Assembly: GCF_009914755.1 (NCBI RefSeq)
Contig: NC_060932.1
Direction: 5' to 3' (one strand)
DNA: 64,000 nt
Source: the human T2T-CHM13v2.0 reference genome, Homo sapiens
Under the pieces are notes generated by a model. It had not been told where the DNA came from. It saw only the letters and a list, made by a program, of their open reading frames with translations, and ran no database searches. Both the position numbers and the translations under genes were made by a program. This document shows, in pieces, positions 14,421 through 28,189 of this stretch. Every line of letters starts with the position of its first letter. The stretch's first letter is position 1.

Positions 14421-14716
14421 TACATATTAACATATGCGGCAAATGCTTAGATGGAAAATAAACGATGTTTTGATGGATTATAAAAAGGGACCTGATTCAG
14501 TATGGAGGGATAGGTAGGTCAGTGGGAAGGGGGTTTGAATGAAGGCTTTCCATGTAATTCATATTTAAAAGGAGGACCATTAAAAGAAGTAGAATCAGAA
14601 TATTGTAGGCAGGAAAGACAGCATGTAAAAAGTCCTTGGGTTGAAGAAAGGCTTAAGAACTTCCAAGAATGGAGAACACTGAGTTGGCTACAACACTGAG
14701 AAAAGAGTAAGTGACT

Positions 14717-14870
14717 GGAGGGATAGCATTAGGAGATATACCTAATGTTAAATGATGAGTTAATGGGTGCAGCACACCAACATGGCACATGTATACATAT
14801 GTAACTAACCTGCGCACTGGGCACACATACCCTAAAACTTAATGTCTAATTTAAAAAAAAAAAAAAAAAA
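14717..14870 (+). mobile_element. ~150-bp 5'-truncated L1PA3/4-like insertion
   Basis: L1PA 3' end plus poly(A). TSD agtaagtgactggagg at 14706-14721 and 14872-14887. Confidence 0.93.
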
Positions 14871-16078
14871 CAGTAAGTGACTGGAGGAGCAGAGTGTAGC
14901 CAGCAAGGACCGTACAAAAAGAATCAACCATGTTAAGAATTTTGTGCTTTATTTTAAGGTAGGAACCTGTATAAGGATTATAGGTGAAGAAATGATGTAT
15001 TAAGATGTGTTTTTAAACAATTTTCCCAAACATAAAGGAGCAAGAAAAATGAAAGCTGGGATATCAGTTAAGATGTGAAGCAATCCAGCCAAACTTGACT
15101 GTGGTTTGAACTGGAAGTTAGTAGTAAAGATGGGAGCTATGGACAAGCTTGAGAATTTTTTGGCAGTAAAGACCAAGTCAATTTTCTTGTCAATTTGAAT
15201 ATAAATTAATTATATTGATATGATTTTTAATTACTTGTTTAGAGAAATTCAAAAAATGGCTTGCCAGCGAGGGAGTGGAAAGCAAATTTTTGCTGTAATT
15301 ACAGCAGTCATGTGAGTGAATCTCCAAGACACGAATTATCACACACATGCACACACACACACGAAGGTATTCATTTATTTCTATTTAAACCGAAATATAG
15401 GAATAGAGATACATAGAGACATATTCTTATATTCACATGAAAAGCTTTAAATGAAAATCAAATAATATTGTAAGCAGCCGTAATAAATTATTTAGGTAAA
15501 GCTTATTGCTTTAGTAAGGTTGTCAGAATATAACCATATGCTTATTAAATCCAAGGTTTCCATTATTTAAAAATTTACAAAGAGATGGTAAAACTGATTT
15601 TCATTATTTTAGTCGTATTCATGGTCCCATTATACATTTAAAAAATCAATTACTGAATTTGTTGAGGGCTTTCTCAGCAATGAATATTAGCAATTATTTG
15701 ATTTAAAGTTGAAACCCCTAAATTACTGATTATTAACACTAAGTCATACCAAGGAATAAGTGGAGATTTTAACGTTGGACACCACTTCTGGTGACCTTGT
15801 TGAAAATCAGTTTTCTCAATATTTCTCCTCTGAAATTACGGAAATTAGATTAAATCTTCCTCAAAGACTCTCTCAGCTCTTAATTTTATGTTGATAAAAA
15901 CTTCTTTAAATGAAAATGCAGATGATGGAAAGGAAATTGGCCATACTTTTACCACATTCCTTAAAAACACTTTCTGATAACACGTTCTTCTAAAATGCAA
16001 TATTATATAATAAACCTTTACAAAAAGAGAGCAAATGAGAGACAGTTCTATCTTATGTACACATTGAAATTTACGTAC

Positions 16079-16248
16079 GGCAATTGAATTCCTCTACTGT
16101 TACTGAAGCAACTGCACGCCCATGGAGTCTCCTGGGATATTCGCAGGTAGCCGCAGCCTGGGTGTGGCCGTGTTGGGCAAAGCCTTGTAAAAGCTCCCCC
16201 AGCCACATCAGATCACAGTCACAAACCAGGGCGTTGGAATCCAGACGC
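16079..16248 (-). CDS. PXDNL: PXDNL LRR C-terminal cap exon (likely exon 7), 170 nt
   Basis: ctag|G CGT CTG GAT...AAT TGC C|gtacgt = [61 protein letters not shown] CxC...C..P pattern; also visible in ORF 16071..16256. Confidence 0.96.
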
Positions 16249-16588
16249 CTAGGCATGCAGGCAAGAAGTACAACTGTTAAAAGGGACTATTAATTTCTAT
16301 GATGAATCTTTTGAGTGGTAATATTTAATTTCCCCTGATTTACCTTGTCTGTTACATTTTTGACTCCAGGATTCTATTAACCAATAAACAGATTTTAAGA
16401 ATCACTTAACTCATTGCATATCTTGCACAGAGTAGACACATTTTCAAATTAACCATGTTTTTGAGAAGCCACTTTAAAACTGGAAAAGTGGTTTTCCCTT
16501 AATGTGCACTATGTCTATTATAAATAAATGTGAGGTGAAATGAATCCTTATTTGTTTCAGAGAAATGTAGAATTAAAACTGTAAGTAT

Positions 16589-17307
<719 letters not shown>

Positions 17308-19919
17308 TCAATATTTTTGGATTACTCAAAAGAGTGGTAGAAGCTTTGCTGCCCAAAGGAGGCTTATAAATGTGACGTGTGATCCACGCAGCTCCCCCAG
17401 GAGTTGGCTTTTTTCTTTTGTAAACTCCTTGGCATCAATATGGATAGGCATGTGTTCTCTGTGTTTTCCACTTGCTCTAAAGGACAGAAGCCAAGCTTTC
17501 CTTTTTTATAATGCTCAAAGTCCCAGTTAGAAGGTCCCCCTCTGGAATTGCTACATGTAGACTGTAACAGGAAGGCGATGGCTCTTTTCATTTCTTTATG
17601 GTGTTTCCTAAGATAGGCACACAAGTTATTCATTTTTGCCAAGTTATACTATACTTCACTAATTTTTCTGTCACATTTTTCCTCATGAAATAAAATAGAT
17701 CACCAAAGAGATTTATGGTATATACCTCCATTCTTGCCAAAAGATGCGTGGCAAAAAGGCGCAGAAATGATTAATACTTTTTTTCATTTCTCCCAATGGG
17801 TTAAAAAGGGAGCTTTTGCTAAGTAGAATTCACAAGTCTGTCTATGGTGGCAGTTGGATCACACTCTATGCAAGGAAGTCCAGCAATAAAAGGGTAATGT
17901 GAACATATTTTATGATAGGTGTTAGATTGCTTATACCTGATTGTAAGAAGTAGTGTCCAATGTGACTGGAGGAGAATACAAAATGCCATAAATTTAATAA
18001 CTTTTAATCAAAATTATTCATGCACAAAAAGTCCTTACAAACATGGAAAAACAAATACACAAACACAAATTAAATCTAAAGATACCAATTTGCAAATAAA
18101 AAAATCACTTCATTGTATTAATTTGGAAATTTGCATCAATATCACGTTACTGGAAGAGACAAACCTGAAAGTAAAGAAATTGTGCTATTCTCTGGATTTA
18201 GAAACTAAAACACTTCCTAAAACAACTGTATACATTTTAATAAATTAAGAAAGTTTTATTATCTGACAGTTTTGTAAAATGTTTTGTAGATACCCAATTC
18301 ATAAGACTAATTTTTATAACTGTATCTAAATTTTATTATATTACCCTGAAAATGATAGCTATGTTTAGTAGCTTTAAATTGCTAAAGGGAAAACATTTGC
18401 ACTTATTGAAAAGTTAGTTAACCATACACATATTATTTGCTTAATGTTTCCAACAAGACTTCACACTAACGTGAGAATATAAAGCCATGGCTAAAGTAGG
18501 GAATTCTGTCAGCCTTGTCGGGAGTGAGGTGTAAGTCATAAAAGTCAACTAGCCCTTGTTCAGGACAGCGCTGTTGGTTCAGTGGGCCTCGGCTGTTCCT
18601 TGTCACTGACTGACTTATTGTACCAGCTACGTGGCTATAAAACAAATCTAGTTCAACAGTATTGTGTTCGAAGTTCACATTTATATTTTGAGTTTAATTT
18701 CTCGTAATTTTATCAAAAAGGAACATGCAAGAACTTACTCCTCTAAATATAAAGGAGTAAGTTCTCACTTCAGCATCACCATGACGTTCCTCTGACTTGA
18801 ACATAAGCAAGGATGTGAATACACATCCCCTGGGAGCATCCCGAGCATGGCAGCCTCACCATGCAATTGCCCCATCTTCCAGAGGTCATCACTGCTTGCT
18901 CATCACCTTCCCTCAGTCATACCTTCCCTTAACGCAACCTCATGCTTATGTGTTTTGGTAATAACTGAGCACAAGATTTCATTTCTTTCTAATTATTATT
19001 TTCAACTTAAGATATCAATAGTGGGGATGCAAAACATGAAGAAAACAACAAAAGGATATAGATTTTCACTTGCCAGTCGAAAAACTCCTTTTATGTTCAG
19101 AAAATAAAAGTATACTTTTAGTATAGTATAGTATAAAAGTATAGTAAAAGTATACTTTTATATGATAATCTGAGTAATCTTTATAAATAATTTTCAAATT
19201 TATCATGAGAAAACGTTTTCAAAATTTTGCCTGTAATTTAGAGCCATGAATATTGAAAACCAAGGAGCAATAGAGTCAATCAATAAGAAAGATGGTTCTT
19301 ATGAATCTTTATTAGACTATACTAAATATTGAATACACTATGTTTAAAATCATTATCATTTTACTGTTCTCCATTTTGAAAGTACTCTTACATCAAATAT
19401 CATACCAAGTATAATAAATAAAAGCCCTCTGATGGTATGCAGTCAAGAACCACAGCACTAAAATAATTACTCACTTGGAATATATTCTCTGCTCAATGAA
19501 AAATTTCAAAGGAAATAAGTGGTGCTAGGTAAATTAATCTTTTCTATTTGAAAACAGTAACACCTCACTTGTACTTACACAATCCCTTTCACTTAAAGAT
19601 CCAAAAACACTTTTAAACAAAACAAAATCAAAAACATTTTATTGATTTTTACAGTCCACTTGTGAGGAGTGTAGTTGTCATGAGTTAGAAATGGCATGGT
19701 ACAGATGGAGAACCCAGTGTCGGGTGATCCTTCAAAGTGCCACGCCCAGAGTCAAGGGCAGAATTCCCGCTGGTTTCTCTGCCCTCACAAGCTATCAGTG
19801 AATGGACACTCCTCAGTTGAAAAACTTTATTGTTGAAGGTGGAATTCATTTAATAGTAGGTGTAGCCCTCTATTGCTCTCCTGTATTCTGTTGTTCTCAT
19901 CTAAATTGTAGCCAAAATA

Positions 19920-20130
19920 GGACAGGAGTTGAGGATTTGGAATAAACAGGTGCCCAGTTTCCACCCCGTCTTGGACCCATCGGGACTTCATGGACCCTGA
20001 GCAGGTTGCTCAAATCATCTGTATATCAGTTTCCCATAAAATAAATTCATAACATAAAGATAGTTTGTCAAAATAACAAACCAAAAAAATCATCTTAAAA
20101 CATTTGGAATAAGCACAGTGCATGCATGTA
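19920..20130 (+). mobile_element. MIR remnant
   Basis: gaccctgagcaggttgctcaaatcatctgtatatcagtttccc resembles the MIR core. Confidence 0.5.
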
Positions 20131-20676
20131 AGGTGCATACTGGCACATCACTGTAAGGAGAACTCCCTCAGCCTCTTTATTGGCAGTTATTTTTGCATGT
20201 GTGTTCCAGCAATTGAGTGAATGCTGTTTCAGTAAATGTAAGAGGAGGCTAGAACAAAAAAGCTGCTACTAAGATTTAACATGAAAGAATAATAAAAAGA
20301 GATTAGAAAAGACTAAGGAATTTGGCACTTCAAGACTTTCTCTGAGTCACAGAAGGCAAGAATGACCCAGATAGAAATTTATGTAGACAAGAAACACTGC
20401 ATGGGAATTATAATTGCAAATATACAAAGACAGTGACTCTAACCATAACTGATGTAACAAATCCAAAAAAGGAGAGAAAACAGACAAGTAGAAAATAATA
20501 CACAATATTTCTCCCACCACCAAAATGGAACATCCTATGACCCTGTTACAAAATGTCTTGGCATTTTGCATATCCCACATAGGATTGAAAAACAAGAATA
20601 AATGGATGTGTTATTCCAAATGGCTGTTGCAGCCAGTTCTGACAAGTAAGAAAACTTTGGCAAAAAGCAGAGTCAT

Positions 20677-20995
20677 CATGGATGGAACTGGAAGCCATTA
20701 TCTTTAGTGAAATAGAAAGAGGAAGTCAAATGTCTCATGTTTTCAAGCTTACAAGTGGGAGCTAAATAATGCATGCACACGGACGTAGGGAGTGAAATAA
20801 TAGACACTGGACACTCAAAAAAGTGGAAGGGTGGGGTGGGAGTGAGGGATGAGAAATTATCTAATGGGTGCAGTGCACACTATTAAGGTGATGGTTACAC
20901 TAAAAACCCAGACTTCACCACTATGTTATATATCCATGTAACAAATCTGTACTTGTACCCCTTTACAGATAGATTAGATAGACAGATAGATATAG
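20677..20995 (+). mobile_element. L1PB4-like 3' end
   Basis: gggatgagaaattatctaatggg...ggttacactaaaaacccagacttcaccactatg; the tail has decayed into (GATA)n-like sequence. Confidence 0.8.
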
Positions 20996-21319
20996 TCAGT
21001 TGATGACCATATCCAAGACTTTTGAGGGCTTGGATACAATCAAAGAACACCAAGAAGACTGGGAAGCAGCATTATGTGTGTCTGACATGAGAATTACCAA
21101 GAAAGAAGGAAATAAAGACTTGAAGAAAAGGATTAGGAGTGGGTGAAATGCCTCCTTGATTAAACTCAAAGATTACAAGCATTATTTCTGGGCACAAATA
21201 GGGGCCTGGATTTATTTTCCTCAGGGCTCTGATTTTTACTTAATCATAACATTCTTTTGCTCATGGACCTGTGTCTAGGAACACAATATTAGAAGAGCAA
21301 CCACAACAAAAGTGGCCTC

Positions 21320-21703
21320 TGTATTAGGCCATTCTTGCATTGCCATAAAGAAATACCTAAGACAGGGTAATTTATAAGAAAAGAGATTTAATTGGCTCAT
21401 GGTTCTGTAGACTGTACAGGAAGCATAGTGCCAGCATTAGCTCTGGGGGAGGCCTCAGGAAGCTTTTACTCATGGCGGAAGGAGGAGCAGAAGCAGGCAC
21501 TTCACATAGTGAAAGCAGGAGAAAAGGTGGAGGATGCCACACTTTATAATGACCAGATCTCAAGAAAACACACTCAATATTGGGAGGACAGCACCCAGCC
21601 AGGAAGGATCTGCCCCCATGAACCTCCCATCACGCCCCACGACTGACATTAGGGATTACAATTGCACATGAGATTTAGAGGGGAGAACATCCAAACTATA
21701 TCA
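21320..21703 (-). mobile_element. MST-family (MSTA-like) MaLR solo LTR
   Basis: TG...CA termini (tgtattaggcc...ccaaactatatca) with 5-bp TSD gcctc at 21315-21319 and 21704-21708. Confidence 0.9.
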
Positions 21704-21708
21704 GCCTC

Positions 21709-23999
21709 TGATATGGTTTGGCTGTGTCCCCACCCAAATCTCACCTTGAATTGTAAAAATCCCTACATGTCAAGGGTGGGGCCAGCTGAAGATAATTGAA
21801 TCATGGGGGTGGTTTCCCCCATACTGTTCTCATGGTAGTGAATAAGTCTCACAAGATCTGATGGTTTTATAAATGGGAGTTCCCCTGCGCAGGCTCTCTT
21901 GCCTGCTGCCATGTAAGATATTCCTTTGCTCTTTCTTCATTTTCTGCCATGATTGTGAGGCCTCCCTAGCCATGTGGAAATGTGAGTCCATTAAACCTCT
22001 TTTTCTTTATAAATCACCCAGTCTCATGTATGTCTTTATTAACAGTATAAGAACAGACTAATATAATAAATTGGTACTGGGAGTGGGGCACTGCTGTAAA
22101 GATACCCAAAAATGTGGAAGGGACTTTGGAACTGCATAACAGGCAGATGTTGGAACAGTTTAGAGGGCTCAGAAGCAGATAGAAAAATGTTTGAAAGTTT
22201 GGAACTTCCTAGAGACTTGGAGGGCTCAGAAGACAGGCAGATGTGGGAAAGCTTGGAACTTCCGAGAGACTTGTTTAATGGCTTTGACCAAAATGCTGAT
22301 AGTGACATGGACAATAAAATTCAGACTGAGGGAGTCTCAGATGGAGATAAGGAACTTGTTGGGAACTGGAGTGAAGGTCACTCTTCCTATGCAAAGAGAC
22401 TGGTGGCATTTTGCCCCGCCCTAGAGATCTGTGGAAATTTGAACTTCAGAGAGATGATTTCAGGTATCTGGTAGAAGAAATTTCTAGTTAGCAAAGAATT
22501 CAAGAGGTGACGAGGCATAAAAATTTTGGAAATTTGCAGCCTCATGATGCAGTAGAAAATAAAAACCCATTTTCTGGGAAGAAATTCAAGCTGGCTGCAG
22601 AAATATGCAAAAGTCATGAGGGACCAAAGGCTAATCACCAAGACAATGGGGAAAATGTCTCCAGGGTATGTCAGAGACCTTCACAGCAGCTCCTCCCATC
22701 ACTGGCCTGGAGGCCTAGGAGGGAAAAATGGTTTCATGGACTGGGCCTAGGGCCCCCCTGATCTATGCAGTTTCTGAACATGGTGCCCTGCATCCCAGCT
22801 GTTTCAGCTCTAGCCATGACTAAAAGGGGCCAACATACTTCTGAGGCCATTGCTTCAGAGGGTGCAAGTCCAAAGCCTTAGAAGCTTACATGTGGTGTTG
22901 GGCCTGTGGGTACACAGAAGTCAAGAATTGAGGTTTGGGAACCTCCACCTAGATTTTACAGAATGTATAGAAATGCCTGAATGTCCAGGCAGAAGTTTGC
23001 TGCAGGGGTGGGGCCCTCATGGAGAACCTCTGCCAGGGCAGTGTGGAAGGGAAATGTGGGGTTGGAGCCCCCAGACAGAGTCCCTACTGGGGTACTCCCT
23101 GCCTAGTGGAGCTGTGAGAAGAAGGCCAACGTCCTCCAGATCCCGGAATGGTAGATTCACTGATAGCTTGTACTGTGCACCTGGAAAAGCTGCATACACT
23201 CAACACACCCCATGAAAGAAACCAGGAGGGAAGCTGTGCCCTGCAAAGCCACAGGAGCAGAGCTGCCCAAGACCATGGGAGCCCATCTCTTCCATCAATG
23301 TGACCTGGTCGTGAGACATGGAGTCAAAGGAGATCATTTTGGAGCTTTAAGATTTGACTGCCCCACTGGATTTTGGACTTGCAGGGGACTTGTAGCCCCT
23401 TCATTCTGGCCAATTTCTGCCATTTGGAATGACTGTATTTACCCAACACCTGTACCCCCACTGTATCTAGGAAGTAACTAACTTGCTTTTGATTTTACAG
23501 GCTCATAGGCAGAAGGGACTTGCCTTGTCTTAGATGAAACTTTGGACTGTGGACTTTTGAGTTAATGCTGAAATGAGCTAAGACTTTGGGGGACCGTTGG
23601 GAAGGCATGATTTGTTTTCAAATGTGAGGATATGAGATTTGGGAGGGGCCAGGGGCGGAATGATATGGTTTGGCTGTGTCCCCACCCAAATCTCATCTTG
23701 AATTGTAATAATCCCCATGTGTCAAGGGGACTAAATCATAGAGGCAGTTTCCCCCATATTGTTCTCATGTTAGTGAATAAGTCTCATGAGATCTGATGGT
23801 TTTATAAACAGGAATTCCCTGCACAGGCTCTCTTGCCTGCCACCATGTAAGACATTCCTTTGCTCTCTCTTCATCTTCTGCCATGATTGTGAGGCCTCCC
23901 CAGCCATGAGGAACTGTGAGTCCATTAAACCTCCTTTTCTTTATAAGCTACCCAGTCATGGGTACGTCTTTATTAGCAGCAGGAGAACAGACTAATACA
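21709..23999 (+). mobile_element. Complete THE1 (THE1C-like) MaLR: LTR-internal-LTR
   Basis: 5' LTR 21709-22065, internal 22066-23660 ending in polypurine tract gggaggggccaggggcggaa, 3' LTR 23661-23999. TSD gcctc at 21704-21708 and 24000-24004. Confidence 0.95.
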
Positions 24000-24751
24000 G
24001 CCTCCAAGGCCCATGATGGATACACCTGTGTGAGTTTTCCACTATGTGCTCTCTGACTGACATCTGGGAAGCAGGCATCTATCTTTTTCTGATAACTGGA
24101 ACTTATACTTGTGTTTGGGGTTGAGGATTAGTGGAGGGGGTGGGTAACCACAAAATAAAGACATCAACAGTGTAGAAGGCTACACACAGATGGGAGTGAA
24201 GAGACAGCTGGAATGCAGGAGGGTGGAGACACAGGTGGAAAAAAGTGATGGACATCAGCCCACGGATGGGAGCAGGGAAGCTGTGGAGAACACAGACCTT
24301 GCAAGCATGGGGATTTTTGTTTTGTTTTGCTTAATGTAGGAGGAAATGAGTAGGAAGACAACTCCGTACAACAAGGGAAAACTGAAGCCTGGCCCGAGGA
24401 GTCAGACTTTCTTTGGAACTTCTCACATCTCTTATCTCATGAAAAAGTTAAAGGAAAAAGAAGTCTTGGGAGCCTTTAGATTTAGCCAGCAAGGATATTA
24501 CAGAGAAACGAGGAAAACGTCTATTTTCAATACTCCTTTTGAATGTCACTTCTAAGAGAATACATGAAAGCCCAGAAGACTATCTGGGTTCTCTATCGCT
24601 CTGCAGTTAACAAAACCATTTTCTCCCTAACATGCTAGAATTGCAATGTCTTTCACAGGAAAAGCAGGAGAAGGCAACCAACCATTGTTTGGGATGGATT
24701 TTGGAGGAAATTATAAAAGGTTTTTGTGTTAATGCACTTGCTTTCACTTAC

Positions 24752-24823
24752 AATCTTTTTAATGAATCCAGATTAGAAAAGCTCCCAGCTGGAATTTTAG
24801 ATAATTTGTTGTTATGCAAAAAT
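24752..24823 (-). CDS. PXDNL: PXDNL LRR coding exon (likely exon 6), 72 nt
   Basis: ttttcag|A TTT TTG CAT AAC AAC...AAA AGA TT|gtaagt = FLHNNKLSKIPAGSFSNLDSLKR(L), an LRR consensus in frame with both neighbouring exons. Confidence 0.95.
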
Positions 24824-25157
24824 CTGAAAAAGAAAAGATAAACTTTAATCACCATACAATAATAATGAATTTGACAAACAAAACCTTTCTTTCACCTAAC
24901 TGTGAATCCAATACCTTTTTTGAAATATTTCAGTGAGAAAGGGCAAACAGAAGTCAGAGTGTCATTTATACAACCATCTGTTTTAAAGATTTACATATCT
25001 CTATCTACCACTACTATATGGGTATTTTTTCACATCTGTGTACTTTTGATTTTTTTAGTTTACTTAGTTACAGATTACAAATGCTAAAGAGAAATACATA
25101 AAAATAAATATTTAAGTATGAGGAAATCAAAGTAAATAGTCAATGTATTCATTATCA

Positions 25158-25559
<402 letters not shown>

Positions 25560-26472
25560 GGCACAACAATATATGACAACAGATGCCTACAGATGTAGCA
25601 TGAGTAACTGTTGTAATCCTGCAAATGTGGGATCACATGGAGATGTGCAAGCTCTGCCTGTCGCTTACTGGCCAGCACAGTTTTGCTGATCCAGAGTCCC
25701 GTTGGGTGCTGCTATGGTTACTGCTCAGCCAGCCATTTCTACATGTCCGGAGCTGGATCACAGAGAGGTGCACTTATGAGGTCATGCCCCATGCCAGGTG
25801 ATGGAAGGTGGCGGGAGTAGGAGAAGATCCAGGCCTCAGTACCTCTCCCTCTCCCTCCACCCTAGTAGTCTTGCACTTGCTTTGGCTCCCTCCATGCTGC
25901 CTTGGCTATACCCATTCCCCTCATTATGACCAGAGAAATTATGACCAAGAAAAGCACCAGCCAGGGATTGTCTAGTCACCAGGACTACTGAATACATATT
26001 TGGCAAAGAGCCTATGTGTGAAGAGAGAAAACACGATGGTCTCTGCAATATAGAGAAAAGATGGAGACCAGTTTTCTTAAGACTCAAGGATATGAGCATA
26101 AATAATCAATTTATATCTGAAACTTAACAATTAGCTACATCCAGCCACTTTATGAGCTGTACTTCATGACTAGTATCTCTGTCACAAAATTAAATAAAAT
26201 CATGTGGCCATATTTTCTTATCAGTGTTTTGGCTTTATGTTTTTGGCTTTATTTTAACTGTATTAAGTGTTAAGGTCAGGGGGAGTGAGCTGGGGCCAAA
26301 CTATTTCTACTATTTTGGGAACTTGAATTTCACTGATGCACATCTGAGAAGATAAAAAGTTTTCCTGATCCTTCCTGTTTTGATTCCCTGTGCTTATCTT
26401 TACCGGCCCCATCTAATTTACCCAACTCAGAAGCAGTAGCTAGAAAAGAAATGATGATGTGAAGATGGATAT

Positions 26473-26948
26473 TGACAAAGACTCTCTTCTTGACCAAACT
26501 CTACTCAGGTTCTCCTGAGCTCTTTTCCAACTAGACCTGACTTTCGGATTTCCATGTCCATCTCTACATTGTCCGATTTTAGCAAGAACCCTGCTGCTAA
26601 GTTTAACCAGTACCTCCCACCCCTTGATACCTGAAATTCCTCATCCCCATCATTTCCCAGGTGATATTTGATCATCACCAAGATCATCACCCTATCCTGT
26701 TAAATAGGGTCAGCCTGAGCCTTTCTCCTAATGTTTCCTCTGAGTAATTTTCCATCCATTGGCTCCACCCTGCTCCTGGGCTATCAACTCCCACTTGCTC
26801 ATGGCGTATTTGGAGTTCAGCCCAATCTTTCTCCCTCAGTGCAAAACTCCATTGCACTGGTCCCTATACCTATCACCATGGTCCCCCTTGAATAACATCT
26901 TTCTTGCCATGCTTTAACAAGTATTGTTGAATAACCTTTTCTTCAACA
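26473..26948 (+). mobile_element. ERV1-class solo LTR (MER31-like)
   Basis: tgacaaagactctcttcttgaccaaact... start and ...ttcaaca end (TG..CA), ~475 bp. Confidence 0.7.
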
Positions 26949-27856
26949 GTGTGCAGATGGATGACACAGTAATTCTCATTCTCTACCACAAGCCCTAGCC
27001 ATATGCCATTTCCTTATCTTAAGGAACACTGGAACAGAGTTTCATGATGGAGAAACAGCTTATAGTAGATGGCACTAAACCTCGGGAAAAGCCAAATTAC
27101 CAGGACAATTTATGCCTGCTTTATTTTTGCTAGGTAAAATGAAAGCTTTCTTCATTATTTTATAAGTGGTGCAGTTCTGCAAGATAACCACAGTAGAAAG
27201 ACTGTTGTTCTTTCTTTAAACGTATTTTAGAGGCTGGAAATTGCATCCATGATTGAATATTGAAAGATATTATCTATTTTCCAATCCAAGCAGACCAGAA
27301 TTAATTGCTTAACAGGCAAAACAAATCAAAAGAAAAGTAAAACATTTCCATCATCACAGATTTTGAAGCAAGGTATGTAAATATTGAAAAATCATTCTTG
27401 AATTTTTTTAATTTTGTACAAATGGTGACAAAATATCCAAATTAATGATATTTTACATCAGTTTATATCAAACATGATATATGATTCCCAAATCAGATAT
27501 TACTGCTACTTGATATTTCTATAACAACTTGCTTTCAAGCAGATTAATCTAAGTCTCAGTCCCTTTATGTATAAAGGAAAAATTATGATAATAATAACTG
27601 TCATTGGTTATCTCCTAGAATACTATCCCAGTAGTATTCAGTAAATTAAAACAGTAGTACTGTTCCAGCAGTACTGATTTGCATGGGGTGCAAAAATGTA
27701 TGCTTGTAGTTTCCTTTTTTTCTTTCTTTTTTCCAACTTTCCTGAAATTAATTTTCAAAACAGTTATGCAATGTATTTGTTGATTTCTGCTTGTAGATGA
27801 CTTTGATTGCTTTACTCCCAACAAGAAGCTAAAAAGCACTTCTTCCTATGTTAAAA

Positions 27857-27860
<4 letters not shown>

Positions 27861-27904
<44 letters not shown>
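27861..27904. repeat. (TA)22 microsatellite
   Basis: Perfect run abutting the Alu tail. Confidence 0.97.
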
Positions 27905-27913
<9 letters not shown>

Positions 27914-28189
27914 TTTTTGAGACGGAGTCTCACTCTTGCCAGGCTGCAGTGCAGTGGCACAATCTTGGCTCACTGAAACCTCCGCCTCCTGGGTTCAAGC
28001 AATTCTCCTGCCTCAGCCTCCCAAGTAGCTACAGGCGCATGCCACCCCACCCAGCTAATTTTTTGTATTTTTGTAGAGACGGGGTTTCACCATGTTGGCC
28101 AGAATGGCCTCCATCTCTTGACCTCGTGATCGGCCCGCCCCGGCTTCCCAAAGTGCTGGGATTACAGGAGGGAGCCACCGCACCCGGCC
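27905..28189 (-). mobile_element. AluSc-like SINE
   Basis: Reverse Alu with ttgccaggc and gacctcgtgatc diagnostics. TSD aaaagtttatata. Confidence 0.92.

Larger units (their letters stand above)
14213..15200 (-). mobile_element. L2 remnant interrupted by (CA)n and an L1 3' end
   Basis: Reverse L2 3' motif ttattcatt...tatgtgccagac...ctaggac...gacaaggtctctg followed by a purine-rich L2 body. Confidence 0.6.

Noticed and set aside
16073-16290. Possible U12-type intron signals around exon 7 (GTACGT donor; TCCCTTTTAAC upstream)
   Set aside because: The donor is not GTATCCTT, and the intron 6 donor is U2-type GTAAGT.
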